Both the position numbers and the translations under genes were made by a program. This document shows, piece after piece, positions 26,737-39,478 of a stretch of 64,000 nucleotides of DNA. Position 1 is the stretch's first letter. Each line of letters begins with the position of its first letter. The stretch covers positions 14,446,001-14,510,000 of the forward strand of contig OX597820.1 of the NCBI GenBank assembly GCA_951406725.2, given 5' to 3'. The notes under the pieces are model-generated. The model was given only the letters and a program-made list of their open reading frames with translations, was not told the DNA's origin and searched no databases. Origin of the DNA: Octopus vulgaris (taxonomy: Eukaryota).

Positions 26737-26976
26737 CAGTGGTTCTCAGCTGGGGTCCATATATGATTTAGTTGTTAAAATTCAACTGCAATAAATCAGT
26801 TATATTTCTTGCAAAACCCAAAATATTTCAATAATTTTCTTTTGTACAGATTCTAATAATATTTAATTATAAAAATATAATAGGATTTTTAAATATCAAA
26901 TGGTTACTTGGGTCCACCCGAGTGAAACAGGAATTATTAAGAGGATCCACAAGAAAAAAATAGTTGAGAACCACTG
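26737..26976. mobile_element. hAT (Charlie-like) MITE
   Basis: Perfect 12-bp TIRs CAGTGGTTCTCA / TGAGAACCACTG. Confidence 0.85.
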
Positions 26977-27714
26977 CTGTGTGTGTGTGTGTGTGTGTGT
27001 GTTAGTTCCTTTTTAAATCATGCCTGTTTCACAACATATCTCTTTCTGTTTTGGAGTACGTTGAAGAATGACAAGAAAGAGAATAAATATGAATTTGTTT
27101 TTCTTCAAGAGAAAAGAACAACAAGGTTTGTGAAGTTATTGGTAACACTTGTCTCTGTCGAAAAGCAAAAAAAAAGAAGAAAAAACCGTCTTTGTTCTTT
27201 TTCCTTCCTCATTAGCATCGACTATAAAGACAGTAACTAGGAATATGTAAAAGTCACTGTCCTGTTCCTTCTGCTAGCACCTTCACCGTTTTCTTTTTTT
27301 CCTGTTTCATCCTGTTGGAACCCCCCCATGCACACACACATTCCACAGCTTGTTGTCAGTTGATAACAATATCTGTTAACACTTAATATTTTTGCATCAT
27401 ATAATGATCATAACCTTTGCTCGCTCTGACTCTGATCCAAAATCTTCATACAAACCATGGCAGGAATATATGAATGTATCTTCTGATGATAAATCTTCAA
27501 GATTTAAGTGATATTCGAATTTTTTTTTAAATTCAAGAAGCAGAAAAAAACCCCTCCAAAATCCCTGTGCTATATATAATTATTGTTAGGAGTAAGTATT
27601 GAAAGGAAACGGTGTGTTGCAAAAAACACCCATTTTAGATCAGAGAGATATGACAGGTCGGATAGAATGGATGTTTACTGTATTACAGACTATCACTCTC
27701 ATATAATCATTCTG

Positions 27715-27937
27715 AAGGTGACGAGCCGGCAGAAACGTTAGCACGCCGGGCAAAATGCATAGCCATGTTTCGTCTGCAGCTATGTTCTGAGTTCAAATTC
27801 CGCCAAGGTCGACTTTGCCTTTCATCCTTTTGGGGTCAATTAAATAAGTACCAGTTACGCCCTGGGGTTGATGTAATTGACTTAATCTTTTTGTCTGTCC
27901 CCTCTGTGTTTAGCCCCTTGTGGGTAGTAAAGAAATA
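27715..27937 (+). mobile_element. Full-length SINE A with 15-bp TSD
   Basis: TSD catataatcattctg (27700-27714) / catataattattctg (27938-27952). Confidence 0.92.
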
Positions 27938-28144
27938 CATATAATTATTCTGTCATCAACTGTATTGAGCTCTAGTTGAAGGTTGTGCAAGCTTTCTCTG
28001 TCATGGGCCCTCAGCTCCTGTCTCTGACAGTTTTAGAGATCTGCCAAAATCCATTCCTCTCCAGGTCTGACCACAGCTGATTCTTTAGAGAGAGAGAGAG
28101 ACCCTGAAAGGATAAAAGGTTCAGTTGACCTTGGTAGCAATTGG

Positions 28145-28595
28145 ATCATTGAACGTCTGTTTTCCATGCTGGCATGGGTTGGACAGTTTGATAGGATCTG
28201 GTCAGTCAGAGCTGCTCAGGCTCTATGTCTGTTTTGGCATGGTTTCTATGGCTGGATGCCCTTCCTAATGCCAACCACTTTACACCAGCACTTATACACA
28301 CACATACAAAAATCTTAATGTGAATGTGTGTGATGTTAGTCTTCTTCTTGTTTTGACCTCGTGTGGCAGTTGTAAATGTGTGTCATTGCTATGGGAGCTG
28401 TGTCATTCATTTCCAATGTTTTGCAAAAACATGCCTGGTAGTGGGGAAGAAATATTACCTTACTTGGAAACAGGTATGGGTTGCTGACAGAAGGGGTATC
28501 TGGCTATAGAAAATCTGCCTCAATAGATTCTATCTGACCCATGCAAGCACAGAAAAGTGGATGTTAAAACAACAACGACGACAATGATGATGATG
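28145..28595. mobile_element. Family C-related 3' fragments, minus (28145-28285) and plus (28330-28595)
   Basis: gctggatgcccttcctaatgccaacc on one strand; gaaggggtatctggctatagaaa...gatgatg on the other. Confidence 0.65.
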
Positions 28596-29119
28596 GTGTT
28601 GGGAATTTAAAAAAATGATAGAGACACTGCTTCAGGGTTAGACATAAGCTACTGACAAACTGTGTGTGTGCTGTTCCAATTCTCTATTGTAACTTTTCTG
28701 TTGTGGTTATACATTATTTGTGTTTCCTCTCTTGAAGACAGTTGAATTAACTACTGCAAAAGGCTGAGTAACTAACACACAAAAGGCCATGTATATTCAT
28801 GTACGTCTGTTTTTTTATCTTTACTCTGCCTTGTATAGTAAAAATAACATCTTTTTATGTGACTTAAGGTTAGTATTCCAAAGGCTGAAGTATGGCTGGG
28901 TGGGTAAGAGGCTGTGAGTGTGCGCTTGTGTGTGCCAATTATAAGACTGGGGCTAAGCTAATTAACTTTCACAGGTGCCTGCCTGTATTAATTAACCAGA
29001 ATTGTCTATTGGTTTAACTATTCCAACAGTTGTCTAGGTCTTGTTATGATACCAAGCCAGTGATGAAGTTGTGATGACAGGTAAACAGCTGTCTTTCCCT
29101 GACCCACAAATTAAAAGGC

Positions 29120-29905
29120 ACAGACATGACTGTGTGCAGCAGGAAGCTTACTTTCCAACCACATAGTTCCAAGTTCAATCCCATTGTATATCCTTGTACT
29201 ATAGCCTCAGGTCAACTTTGCCTTATGAGTGCATTTGGTTGGCAGAAATTGAAAGGCGGCGAGCTGGCAGAAATGTTAGCACGCCAGGCGAAATGCTCAG
29301 CAGTATTTCGTCTGCCGTTATGTTCTGAGTTCAAATTCCACTGAGGTCAACTTTGCCGTTCATCCTTTCGGGGTCGATTAAATAAGTACCAGTTACGCAC
29401 TGGGGTCGATGTAATCGACTTAATCCATTTGTCTGTCCTTGTTTGTCCCCCCTGTGTTTAGACCTTTGTGGGTAGTAAAGAAATAGGTATTTTGTCTGCC
29501 GTTATGTTCTGAGTTCAAATTCCACCGAGGTCGACTTTGCCTTTCATCTTTTCGGGGTTGATTAAATAAGTACCAGTTATGCACTGGGGTCAGTGTAATC
29601 GACTTAATCCCTTTGTCTGTCTTTGTTTGTCCCCCCCCTATGTTTAGCCCCTTGTGAGCAATATAAGAAATAAGAAGTCCATTGGATGTGTGTCTTTGTT
29701 TGTGTTTGTCCATCACCACCACCACCATCACTGGACAACAGGTGTTATGTGTCTGCTTAGCAGTTCAGCAAAAGAGACCAATAAAATAAGTACCAGACTT
29801 TAAAAAGAAAAAAAAAAAAATGGAAAATGAGTACTGTAAATCCTTCAAGGCTGTGCTGCAGCATGGCCGCAGACTAATGACTGAGACAAGTAAAAGATGG
29901 AAGAT
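29120..29905 (+). mobile_element. SINE B containing a nested SINE A dimer (29251-29670)
   Basis: B head to cagaaattgaa, then A head-body-tail plus a second unit starting ggtattttgtctgccg, then B resumes agaagtcc...gcatggccgcagactaatgactgag. Confidence 0.88.
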
Positions 29906-30039
29906 AAATAAGTGTTTGCTGTGCTGAGGCAGATACATACAAGAAAATGTCATTTGTACAGGAACAATGAACACACATTGAATAGATTTAAATTCATGTA
30001 GGGTTTGTTTCTACGACGACCACCACCAACACCATCGTT

Positions 30040-30135
30040 TACTATCAGCAGCAATTCCATTCATCAGAATCACTGCTTTTGTCATTGTCACCACCATTGT
30101 CATCAATAATACAACTGTCATCACCACCATCACTG

Positions 30136-30167
<32 letters not shown>

Positions 30168-30310
30168 TATCTCATTATCACCATCGCCACCATCACTTAT
30201 CACTATCCTTCTCTCCATCGTCATCATCCATCCTCGTCACCATCGCCGCCACCGTCGTCACTGCCCTCTCTCTCATCATCATTATCATCATGATCATCGT
30301 TATCATCGTT
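30040..30310. repeat. (CAT)n/(CAC)n degenerate trinucleotide tract
   Basis: catcat/caccac repeats. Confidence 0.9.
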
Positions 30311-30974
30311 GGCCATTATTGTTTTAATTAAGGTAGGTGTTTCAGAAAGCCTGGTAATGAGTTTGAGTATTGTGCAAACAGAATGGCACAGGTCTGAATG
30401 GGTCCCTTGGTGAAGTGCTGTGTGTGCTTCATGCAGGTTTCCTGATGGACGTTGAGAAAATAGCGACGTGTCGACTGGGTCTGCGAATGACAGTTGAACT
30501 GGCATTCGGCTCAATGTTATTGTCGTTATATTGTTGTATCAAGCCAACTATTCAATCGGATTTTCTATGTGTGTGTGTATGGACCTATTTGCTTTCTATT
30601 TATGAGTAGTGAGTATATTTTTGTATGTATGTGGGTGCATTTGTGTGTCTGTGTATATGTGTGTGTGTGAGACAATATTCCTGTGCTTTTGTGTGTGTAT
30701 GTTTATATGCATGTATTTTGTGTGTGTTTACATGCTCGCATGCATGCGCATATGTGTGTCTGTGCATTTACATTCCTAGATGTGTACGTATGTGTGTGGG
30801 ATGTGTTTGTGTTTGGGAGTGAAATAGTGTGTATGCGAGTGCCGTTGTGTACATGTTTGCATGTGGTTGCATCTGCTGCATAATTGCGTGCATTTATGAA
30901 GGTGCATTGTATTATTATGTGATAATCATCCAGTCCAGTCTGAATATACTTAATCATTGTGTTCGGTTATCAGC

Positions 30975-31345
30975 ATGTGTGTATGTGCATATATGTGTGT
31001 ATGCATGTGTATGTATATATGTGTGTGTGTATATGCATATGTATGTGTGTATATGCATATGTATGTGTGTATATGCATGTGTATGTATATATGTGTGTGT
31101 ATATGCATATGTGTGTGTGTATGTGTATATGCATGTGTATGTATGTGTGTGTATGTGTATATGCATGTGTATGTATGTATGTGTGTGTGTATATGCATGT
31201 GTATGTATGTGTGTGTGTATATGCATGTGTATGTGTGTGTATATGTGTATAGGCATGTGTATGTATATGTGTATATGCATGTGTATGTATATGTGTGTGT
31301 GTGTATATGTGTATATGCATGTGTATGTATATGTCTGTATATGCT
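30975..31345. repeat. Minisatellite gtatatgcatgtgtatg in TG/TA background
   Basis: atatgcat core repeated about ten times. Confidence 0.85.
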
Positions 31346-31459
31346 TGTATGTGTGTTTGTGTGTGACTGTGTGGTAAGTAGCTTGCTTACCAACCACATG
31401 GTTCTGGGTTCAGTCCCACTGCGTGGCACCTTGGGCAAGTGTCTTCTATTATATAGCCT

Positions 31460-31685
31460 CAGGTTCAATCTGGTCTGGTAAAGTTTCTATAGCTGGATGC
31501 CCTTCCTAACGCCGACCACTCCGAGAGTGTAGTGGGTGCTTTCTACGCTCCACTGGCACGAGAGCCAGTCAGGCGGTTCTAGCAACGACCACGCTCAGTC
31601 TAGTGGCACTGGCAACGACCATGCTCGAATGTTGCTTTTCACATGTCACCGGCACGGGAGCCAATCCATGGCCCTGGCAACGGTC
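31460..31685 (-). mobile_element. Family C retroposon fragment fused to a SINE B head (31365-31462, +)
   Basis: agctggatgcccttcctaacgccgaccactccgagag...ctggcacg units. Confidence 0.8.
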
Positions 31686-31795
31686 TTCCTCTTTGTCTTC
31701 TTCCTTGTCTCTTCTTCCACTTCCTCTTCTTCCTTGTCTTCCTCTTCTTTCTCTTCGTCTCTTTCCTCTTCTTCTTCTTTCGTCTTTCTCTCTTT

Positions 31796-32002
31796 CTCTT
31801 TTACTTGTTTCAGTCATTTGACTGCGGCCATGCTGGAGCACCGCCTTTAGTCGAGCAAATCGACCCCAGGACTTATTCTTTGTAAGCCCAGTATTTATTC
31901 TATTGGTCACTTTTGCCGAACCGCTAAGTGACGGGGACGTAAACACACCAGCATCGGTTGTCAAGCAATGCTAGGGGGACAAACACAGACACACAAACAT
32001 AT

Positions 32003-32035
<33 letters not shown>

Positions 32036-32196
32036 CGACAGGCTTCTTTCAGTTTCCGTCTACCAAATCCACTCACAAGGCTTTGGTCGGCCTGAGGCTA
32101 TAGCAGAAAACACTTGCCCAAGATGCCACGCAGTGGGACTGAACCCGGAACCATGTGGTTTGTAAGCAAGCTACTTACCACACAGCCACTCCTGCA
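31796..32196 (-). mobile_element. Full-length SINE B
   Basis: Reverse complement of the 23698 copy. Confidence 0.9.
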
Positions 32197-32937
32197 TCTT
32201 CTTTGTCTTCTTCTTCTTAGTCTTCGGTTTCTTCGTTTTGTTGTTGTTGTTGTTTTTCTTCTTCATTATACCTCATTCTCCGGGGTGGGGTAAGATTTTA
32301 TTGCAAGGAACAGCAGCACTAAGGTCTAGTCTTTGGAATGTCATAGAGCTCACAACACCCACCCCTCCAACCACCCATCCACCATTCCAACCAACCAACC
32401 AACCAACCAACCAACCAACCCTCTCTCTGTTTCCTTGCTTGCTTCCCAGAAAGTAAAGCTCCCAGTATTATGTTTGTAAGGTCAAGAAGCAACTTGTTAA
32501 CTGTGATCCTGGAAACAGCTGAAGGTCAGTAGGGGCCACCACAAGATGCTTGCTTCCTTGTCTTCTCTATCTTGCCTCTTCCCTCACAGCTACCTCCCCC
32601 TCCTTTGTTCCTCTCCATCCTTCCCACATCACCACCACCACCACCACCACTCCAAGAAAACAACAGAGCAGCCTGAGAGTAATAACATATATCATGACAG
32701 GAAATAAGGCCCCTTAGGGCAAAGTTAAATGGTTTGCTTTGGTAAGGCACAACTAGCTAAACTAGAAGAGGCATGTACAACAGGATTTGGGACTGATAAA
32801 ATTCCTTATAGAAATGCTTTGCTTTTTCTTATTCTTCCCCCTTTTTTTTTTCTTTTGTCTTTCTCGCTCCCTTAATCTGAAACACATTTTTTGTCTCAGA
32901 CTCCCATGGCAACCACAGAGATGTGTGTGTTTGTGTG

Positions 32938-33330
32938 TTCTTTTATTCTTTTATTTGTTTCAGTCATTTGACTGAGGCCATGCTGGAGCACCGCCTTTTA
33001 GTCGAGCGAATCGACCCCAGGACTTATTCTTTGTAAACCTAGTACTTATTCTGTTGCTCACTTTTTCCAAACCTCTAAGTTGCAGGGATGTAAACACACC
33101 AGCATCGGTTGTCAAACGATGTTGGAAGGAAAAACATCTGCATATATATATATATATATATATATATGACGGGCTTCTTTCAGTTTCTGTCTACCAAATC
33201 CACTCACAAGGCTTTGGTCGGCCCAAGGCTATAGTAGAAGACACTTGCTCAAGGTGCTACACTGTGGGGCTGAACCCAGAACCATGTGGTTGGGAAGCAA
33301 GCTACTTACCACATAGCCACTCTTGTGCCT
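32938..33330 (-). mobile_element. SINE B
   Basis: Tail to head homology with family B. Confidence 0.88.
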
Positions 33331-33511
33331 ATAATTTCTATTTTAATATTTCTATTTTTTTTTATCTCTTGTTATTATCATTAAATTTAAATTTAAGGTG
33401 GTGGTTCTGGCAGGATTGTTAGCTCATTGGACTAAAATGCTTTGTGGATTTTCTCCTTATATTCTGTGTTCAAATGCTGGCAACGTTGACTTTGTTTTTC
33501 ATCCTTTTGGG

Positions 33512-33704
33512 TAGCGTTTCTCAGCTTTTTTTCTACCTGAGGCCCCCTTTGATTCCTATTTTATTAAGATATACCCTCATAACCACTCCAAATCCTTTTA
33601 TATTTTTATAATTAAAAATTATTAGGAATTGTATCTAAAAAGAAATATTAATATTTTGTGTTTTGGTGAAGTAAAACCAATTTGACCCTGGCTGGGAACC
33701 ACTG
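33512..33704. mobile_element. hAT-like MITE nested in a diverged SINE A' (~33397-33810)
   Basis: Ends tagcgtttctca / gggaaccactg; the SINE central domain is split at catccttttggg|ttttggggctgatgaaataatgtaccag. Confidence 0.7.
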
Positions 33705-33876
33705 TTTTGGGGCTGATGAAATAATGTACCAGTCAGTCACTGGGGTTAGTGTCATTGACTTGCCCCTCCCCTCAAAATTGCTGGCCTCGTGCCAAAATTA
33801 GTATGCTTATCATTAAGGCAGTGAGATTCAGAAATTTGTTAGCATACCAGGCCTTGTTCTTATAGTAGAAAAGATT

Positions 33877-33919
<43 letters not shown>

Positions 33920-34078
33920 TTGCTGCTGCTACAAGAACAGACTATATTTTTAAACAGCTCTTAGCTTGTTCCATGATAAATGAGTCTGGTCCTCACACCA
34001 GCAGGTTTTGCTTAGTGTCAACAAATCCATACAGTACAAAAAAACACCTGCTCTCTCCAAGTTCTGTTTCTCAAAGTG

Positions 34079-34120
<42 letters not shown>

Positions 34121-34214
34121 GAGGGATGGAAGGGGTTGTGTATGATTACATGTTCTCCTGCACATGTTTGGATAAATACATTTATACAATAATATACATT
34201 CAAACATCCATATA

Positions 34215-34576
34215 TCATCATCATCATCATCATTTAATGTCCGCTTTCCATGATTGCATGGGTTGGACGATTTGACTGAGGTCTGGCGAACCAGACTCCA
34301 ATCTAATCTGGCAGAGTTTCTACAGCTGGATGCCCTTCCTAACGCCAACCACTCCGAGAGTGTAGTGGGTGATTTTATGTGCCACTGGCACGAGGGCCAG
34401 TTTGGTGGTACTGGCAACGGCCATGCTCAAATGGTGCTTTTTACGTGCCACCTGCACAGGAGCCAGTCCAGCAGCACTGGCGACGACCTCGCTCGAATGT
34501 TTCACGTGCCACCAGCACAAGTGTTAGTAAGGCGACGCGGTAACGATCACACTCAAATGATGTATTAACATGCCAT

Positions 34577-34580
<4 letters not shown>
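34215..34580 (-). mobile_element. Family C retroposon
   Basis: (CAT)n tail, ctggatgcccttcctaacgccaacc and ~4 tandem gtgcca-type units. Confidence 0.85.
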
Positions 34581-34612
<32 letters not shown>

Positions 34613-34690
34613 AAATAATAGGGAATAAATCCAAACTTACAGGGAAAAATCAGATTTAGTATTGAATCCAATTTTATAGTAAAATATTAT

Positions 34691-34939
34691 ATTATATTAA
34701 ATTAGAGATAAAACCACTATTAGGCAAATCATACAATGAAAAACTTAAGCCAATACATAAGATTAATTAATTTATATTATTTTAAATATATATCAAAATT
34801 ATTAATGAATATCATTATCTTTTTTTAATAATTTTGATATATATTTAAAATAATATAAGTTAATTAATCTTATGTATTGGCTTAAGTTTTTCATTGTATG
34901 ATTTGCCTAATAGTGGTTTTATCTCTAATTTAATATAAT
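34691..34939. repeat. Near-perfect palindrome: 115-bp arms, 19-bp loop
   Basis: 34691-34805 is the reverse complement of 34825-34939 with one visible mismatch. Confidence 0.92.
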
Positions 34940-34995
<56 letters not shown>

Positions 34996-35264
34996 CGCAC
35001 ATGTGTTTGTTAGTGTACATTTATATTACATGAAGAATAGCCTTGTTGAATATTTCAGCTCAAAGATAGGTTCAGTGGATCACTGGTTTTTTGCATTGTT
35101 GAGAATTGAAATGATGGAGTGAGGCAGAGAGGTGGGGCTGCAGGAAGTGCGTGTTTGAAAGCTTTGATTAAAGACATTGTTATCTCATGATCCCGAGATC
35201 ACATTCCACTCACTCCAAGCACCGTATTTTTGTTCTATTGCAGATCACCTCATTCTGTTTGCTT

Positions 35265-35494
35265 TTCAACCTTTGGCTTTTAAACCAGCCATATCCGGCA
35301 CAAACATTCCCCTTGTTTTATGTCCAAACTGCCCTGATCTAGCCTCTAACAATTACCACACAATGTCTTTCTAAAAACGAACAATCACATCTTCGAAATC
35401 TCTATGCTACAAGATAATACATGATTAATTCAAAACAATGTTGGTAAATACATATTATATATTATTATAAAGTCATTTGAATACTCAGGGGTTA
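35265..35494. mobile_element. piggyBac-like MITE family E, diverged
   Basis: aacctttggcttttaaaccagccatatccggc ... caggggttaa. Confidence 0.7.
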
Positions 35495-35592
35495 AGCTTC
35501 AAACATCCATTTAAAAAGACAAACTTATCCTAAATATTGTGGTATGGCAGGCTGAGATTGCTTATTTAGCAAATGAAATCTATAGTTTAGTT

Positions 35593-36033
35593 TTAACCCT
35601 TTCGTTATCATCCCAGCGGAAACTGCCTCTGATTCTGAGTACAAATCTCTTGTTTTCATAAATTTTGAATTAAAATCTTCCACCAAACCTTATTTATGTT
35701 CCTAACACTATCTGAATGATAGCTAAGTTATTTTACTAAATTATTTTTTATATTTAAAGTAATTGAAAGAAACACAGAGCATCTCAACAGAAATATGGTA
35801 ACAAAAGGGTTAAAATATATAATAGAGAATCAATTCTTAACCCTTTTGATACCAACCCAGTTGAAACCGGCACTGGCTCTGAGTACAGATGTCTTGTTTT
35901 CATAAGTTCTGAATTAAAATCTTCTACCAAACCTAGCTTAATGATAACTAAGTTATTTTACTAAATTCTATATTTAAAGTAATTGAAAGAAACACAGAGC
36001 ATCTCAACAGAAATACAGTAATGAAAGGGTGAA
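35593..36033. mobile_element. Tandem dimer of piggyBac-like MITE family D
   Basis: TTAA-CCCTTTCGTTATCAT...ATGGTAACAAAAGGG-TTAA (35593-35813), 23-bp spacer, then second unit 35837-36033. Confidence 0.88.
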
Positions 36034-36159
36034 TCCTTAGAATGTCTTCACTCACTGGCCATATTTTTTTTCCTTTTTGCACCTTGCTGTAGACCCACCC
36101 TCTACAGCAGGAAGTGCCAATGCTGCTCTCCCTGATGAGGAGGACTGACCTACCTGTTA

Positions 36160-36325
36160 GAGCCCCGTGCTGGTGCCACGTTAAAACCATCCAGCACACA
36201 GTGTAAAGTGGTTGGTGTTAGGAAGGGCATCCAACCATAGAAACCATGTCAAACCAAACTGGGATCTGGTGAAGCGCTCATCAAACTGTCCAGGAAAATG
36301 GACATTAAATGATGATGATGATGAA
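36160..36325 (+). mobile_element. Family C 3' fragment
   Basis: gtgctggtgccacgttaaaa...ggttggtgttaggaagggcatcc...(GAT)n. Confidence 0.8.
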
Positions 36326-36960
36326 TGCTAATTAATAGTTCTTGGAGAAAGCTGTAAATTAAAATTAGGAAATCCACAATTTCTCTTTCATTGTGTGCCT
36401 TTGCAATTGAATTATCGTCAGCTTTATTCTAACTTTCTCCATTTTATTATTAATTAATCAATCATTAACTGAAATTATTAATTTCACAAACTTGATAAAC
36501 AACCAGTCAATAGTAAAATAGAATGTGGTGGTGGGGTACCCGCAAAAAAACTCACCCTGCCCTCCTTTCTGGTGGGGGTGAGGGAAGAAGGTGAAAGCTG
36601 TAAGAACCATCTCTCCTCCAAAATTTCATTAGTAATCATTAGCACGATGTATCAGAATTTCCTGTCTTAAAAATAGCCGCAGACTTGGCAGTTGAAGCTA
36701 TAAACATGAACTGATTGATATAGATTTTTATGGTTTCTGTGTTCTGGCTTTGTTAAAATGATGTTGATGTTGTCGCTGTAGTCTGGTCTATAGATCTTCT
36801 GTTTATGTATCCTACATAAGGACCTTCTGCTCCGGGATATGTGCTCTTGACCGGCTGTGCAGCATAATGCAGTCCATTACTGGCAAAATGCATGGAAATT
36901 ACATTTGTGTCTCTTTGTGGATGTGGAATAAATGTTTTGGATTTCTATTATGATTATATA

Positions 36961-37378
36961 TTTATTTATTTATTGCCCACAGGGGGATAAACATAGAGGG
37001 GACAAACAAGGACAGACGAAGGGAATTAAGTCAATTACATTGACCCCAGTGCGTAACTGGTACTTATTTAATCAACCCCGAAAGGATGAAAGCGAAGTTG
37101 ACCTCAGTGGAATTTGAACTCGGATCATAACAGCAGACGAAATACCTATTTCTTTACTACTCACAAGGGGCTCAACACAGAGGGGACAAACAAGGACAGA
37201 CAAATGGATTAAGTCGATTACATCAACCCCACTGCGTAACTGGTACTTAATTTATTGACCCCGAAAGGATGAAAGGCAAAGTTGACCTCGGTGGAATTTG
37301 AACTCAGAACGTAATGGCAGACGAAATTCCACTAAGCATTTTGCCCAGCGTGCTAACGATTCTGCCAGCTCGCCGCCC
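36961..37378 (-). mobile_element. SINE A dimer
   Basis: Two bodies joined at gaaatacctatttc (37139-37152); flanked by tattatgattatata / tattatgatcataca. Confidence 0.88.
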
Positions 37379-38132
37379 TTATATTATGATCATACAGTGT
37401 TCAATTCTTCTTTTCCTCTATCTGCTCTATGAATTAAGAAGTTTTTCTTCCCAACCATATGGTTCTGGGTTCAGTTCCACTGCATGGTACCTTAGACAAG
37501 TGTGTTCTATTATAGCCCTAGGGCTGAATGAAGCCCTTTGAAAGCATTTGGTGAATGAGAACTGAAAGAAGTCTGTGTGTCTTCTTGTCTTGGCACTGAA
37601 TGATTGTTGTAAATGCATGTCATTCATCCCCAATATTCTGCAGAAACATGTCTGGCTGTGGGGAAATATTACCTTTCTTTGAAAACAGGTAAGTGTTGGT
37701 AAGGAAGAGCACCCGACCGTTGGAAATTTACATTATAATTTTCTCTAACAGTACCATGCTAATAATTAACATTCCAAACCCTAGCTAATTAACGACAAAA
37801 TTATTTTACTTAATTCTTCGTTATTTTCATAAGTTATTGAACTCCAAAGTAGTGCATTTCAACAGAAATACGGTAACAAAGAGGTTGAGTGAAGAATGAT
37901 ATATTGGACAATGTAGGTAGTGTCGGATGTACAAAATGCTGGATGGTCACCGCTGGAATGTCTTTGATTCCAGTCAGCTCAATCAACTCTCACCTAAGTC
38001 TAAACAACAAGAAACAACTATGTTTACAAGTTCTGATATTAATGTAACCCTTATCAGTTTTATGTTACAGTAGGTTGCCCCCTATTTGTGAGAGACTTTA
38101 ATGTTAAGCTGCTTGGATTGTTGGGGACAAAT

Positions 38133-38360
38133 TTAACCCTTTTGTGTTCAGATTACTCTGTTAAATGTAATACTCTTTCATTCAAATTGTTTCGAATTAA
38201 TCATGCATTATCTCATAGCTTTGAGGTTTCAATGATGTGATTGTTTATTTTTAGAATGTCAATGTAGGTTAGGTGTGAGAGGCTTGATCTAGCCAGTTTG
38301 AATATAAAACATATAGAATATCTGGGCCAGATATGGCCGGATTAAACACTAAAGGGTTAA
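38133..38360. mobile_element. piggyBac-like MITE family E, complete
   Basis: TTAA-CCCTTTTGTGTTCA ... TAAACACTAAAGGG-TTAA: TIRs plus TTAA TSD. Confidence 0.9.
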
Positions 38361-38839
38361 CATGGCTATAGAGACATCTTAATGTTGGTGATAAAATAGG
38401 AACACTCAGAATTTCCAGCACCTTATCAATTTAACTAATCCCATCTAGAAATGTTTACACAAATAAATTGTAGAACTCTCTCAAGATACAGGACTGTTAT
38501 CCAGTTTAACTTCTAGGATTTTTACGACTGGGAGCTGATAAAAATTTACAAAACCTCTATTGTTAAGGCCACAAAGAGCGTCTTTGAAATTATGAAATTA
38601 ATAAATTATCATTACTATGAAGTTTTTTTAATTAACTCTCAGTGGTAGACACATCACGATAACCATGACAAGGGGTGCTGGGTATCATAAATAATATTTT
38701 TATACCTGAATGGCTTGTTTGTATGTATGGTAACAAAATTTATACTCCCCATCCTCTTTACAAATAACTTGAAAAATATGATTCCTACTTCTCTGAGCGG
38801 AATTGCTAAAACATAATGTTTGTTAAGACATTGATGACG

Positions 38840-38851
38840 ATGATGATAATG

Positions 38852-38895
<44 letters not shown>

Positions 38896-39075
38896 GTAAT
38901 AGTAATAACAATAGTAATAACAATAATAATAATAATAATAATAGTAATAATAATAATAGTAATAATAATAGTAATAGTAATAACAATAGTAATAGTAATA
39001 ACAATAGTAATAATAACAATAGTAATAATAATAATAGTAGTTATAATAATAATTGTAGTAGTAGTAGTAGTAATT
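38840..39075. repeat. (AAT)n/(AGT)n microsatellite
   Basis: Trinucleotide tract. Confidence 0.95.
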
Positions 39076-39079
39076 ATGC

Positions 39080-39460
39080 AATTGACACAAGGCTTGAAAT
39101 TTTTGAGGGAAGGGGGCTAGTTGTTGTAATTGACCCCAGTGTTCAACTGGTACTTATTTCATTCACCCTGAAAGGATGATGGACAAAATGGTGCTAACAA
39201 TTCTGCTAGCTTGCTGCCTTTAATAATAATGATGATAATAATAATAATGGTTTTGAATTTTGGCACATAGCCAGCAAGTTCATGGGAGGGGCTAAGTCAA
39301 TTAAATCAACCCTAGCATTCAACTGGTATTAATTTTATCGACCCGTAAAAGGATGAAAGGCAAAGTCGACCATGGTAGAATTTGAGCTGAAAATGGGAAG
39401 ATCTATGAAATGCTGTTAAGCATTTTGCCCAGAATGTTAACAGTTCAGTCAGCTTGCTGC
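39080..39460 (-). mobile_element. Two diverged SINE A' units
   Basis: ccccagtgttcaactggtactt...aaaggatga motif present twice, separated by (AAT)n. Confidence 0.75.
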
Positions 39461-39478
39461 TCTAGTGTTAATAAAATT

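Noticed and set aside
30330-30560. Unique, moderately GC-rich stretch that looks exon-like
   Set aside because: No recognisable protein motif or convincing splice-site pair; cannot be supported without RNA data
38654-39090. Poly-L/poly-Y ORFs (also poly-I/H ORFs at 50162, 55495-56270 and 56722-57246)
   Set aside because: They derive from (AAT)n and (CAT)n microsatellites
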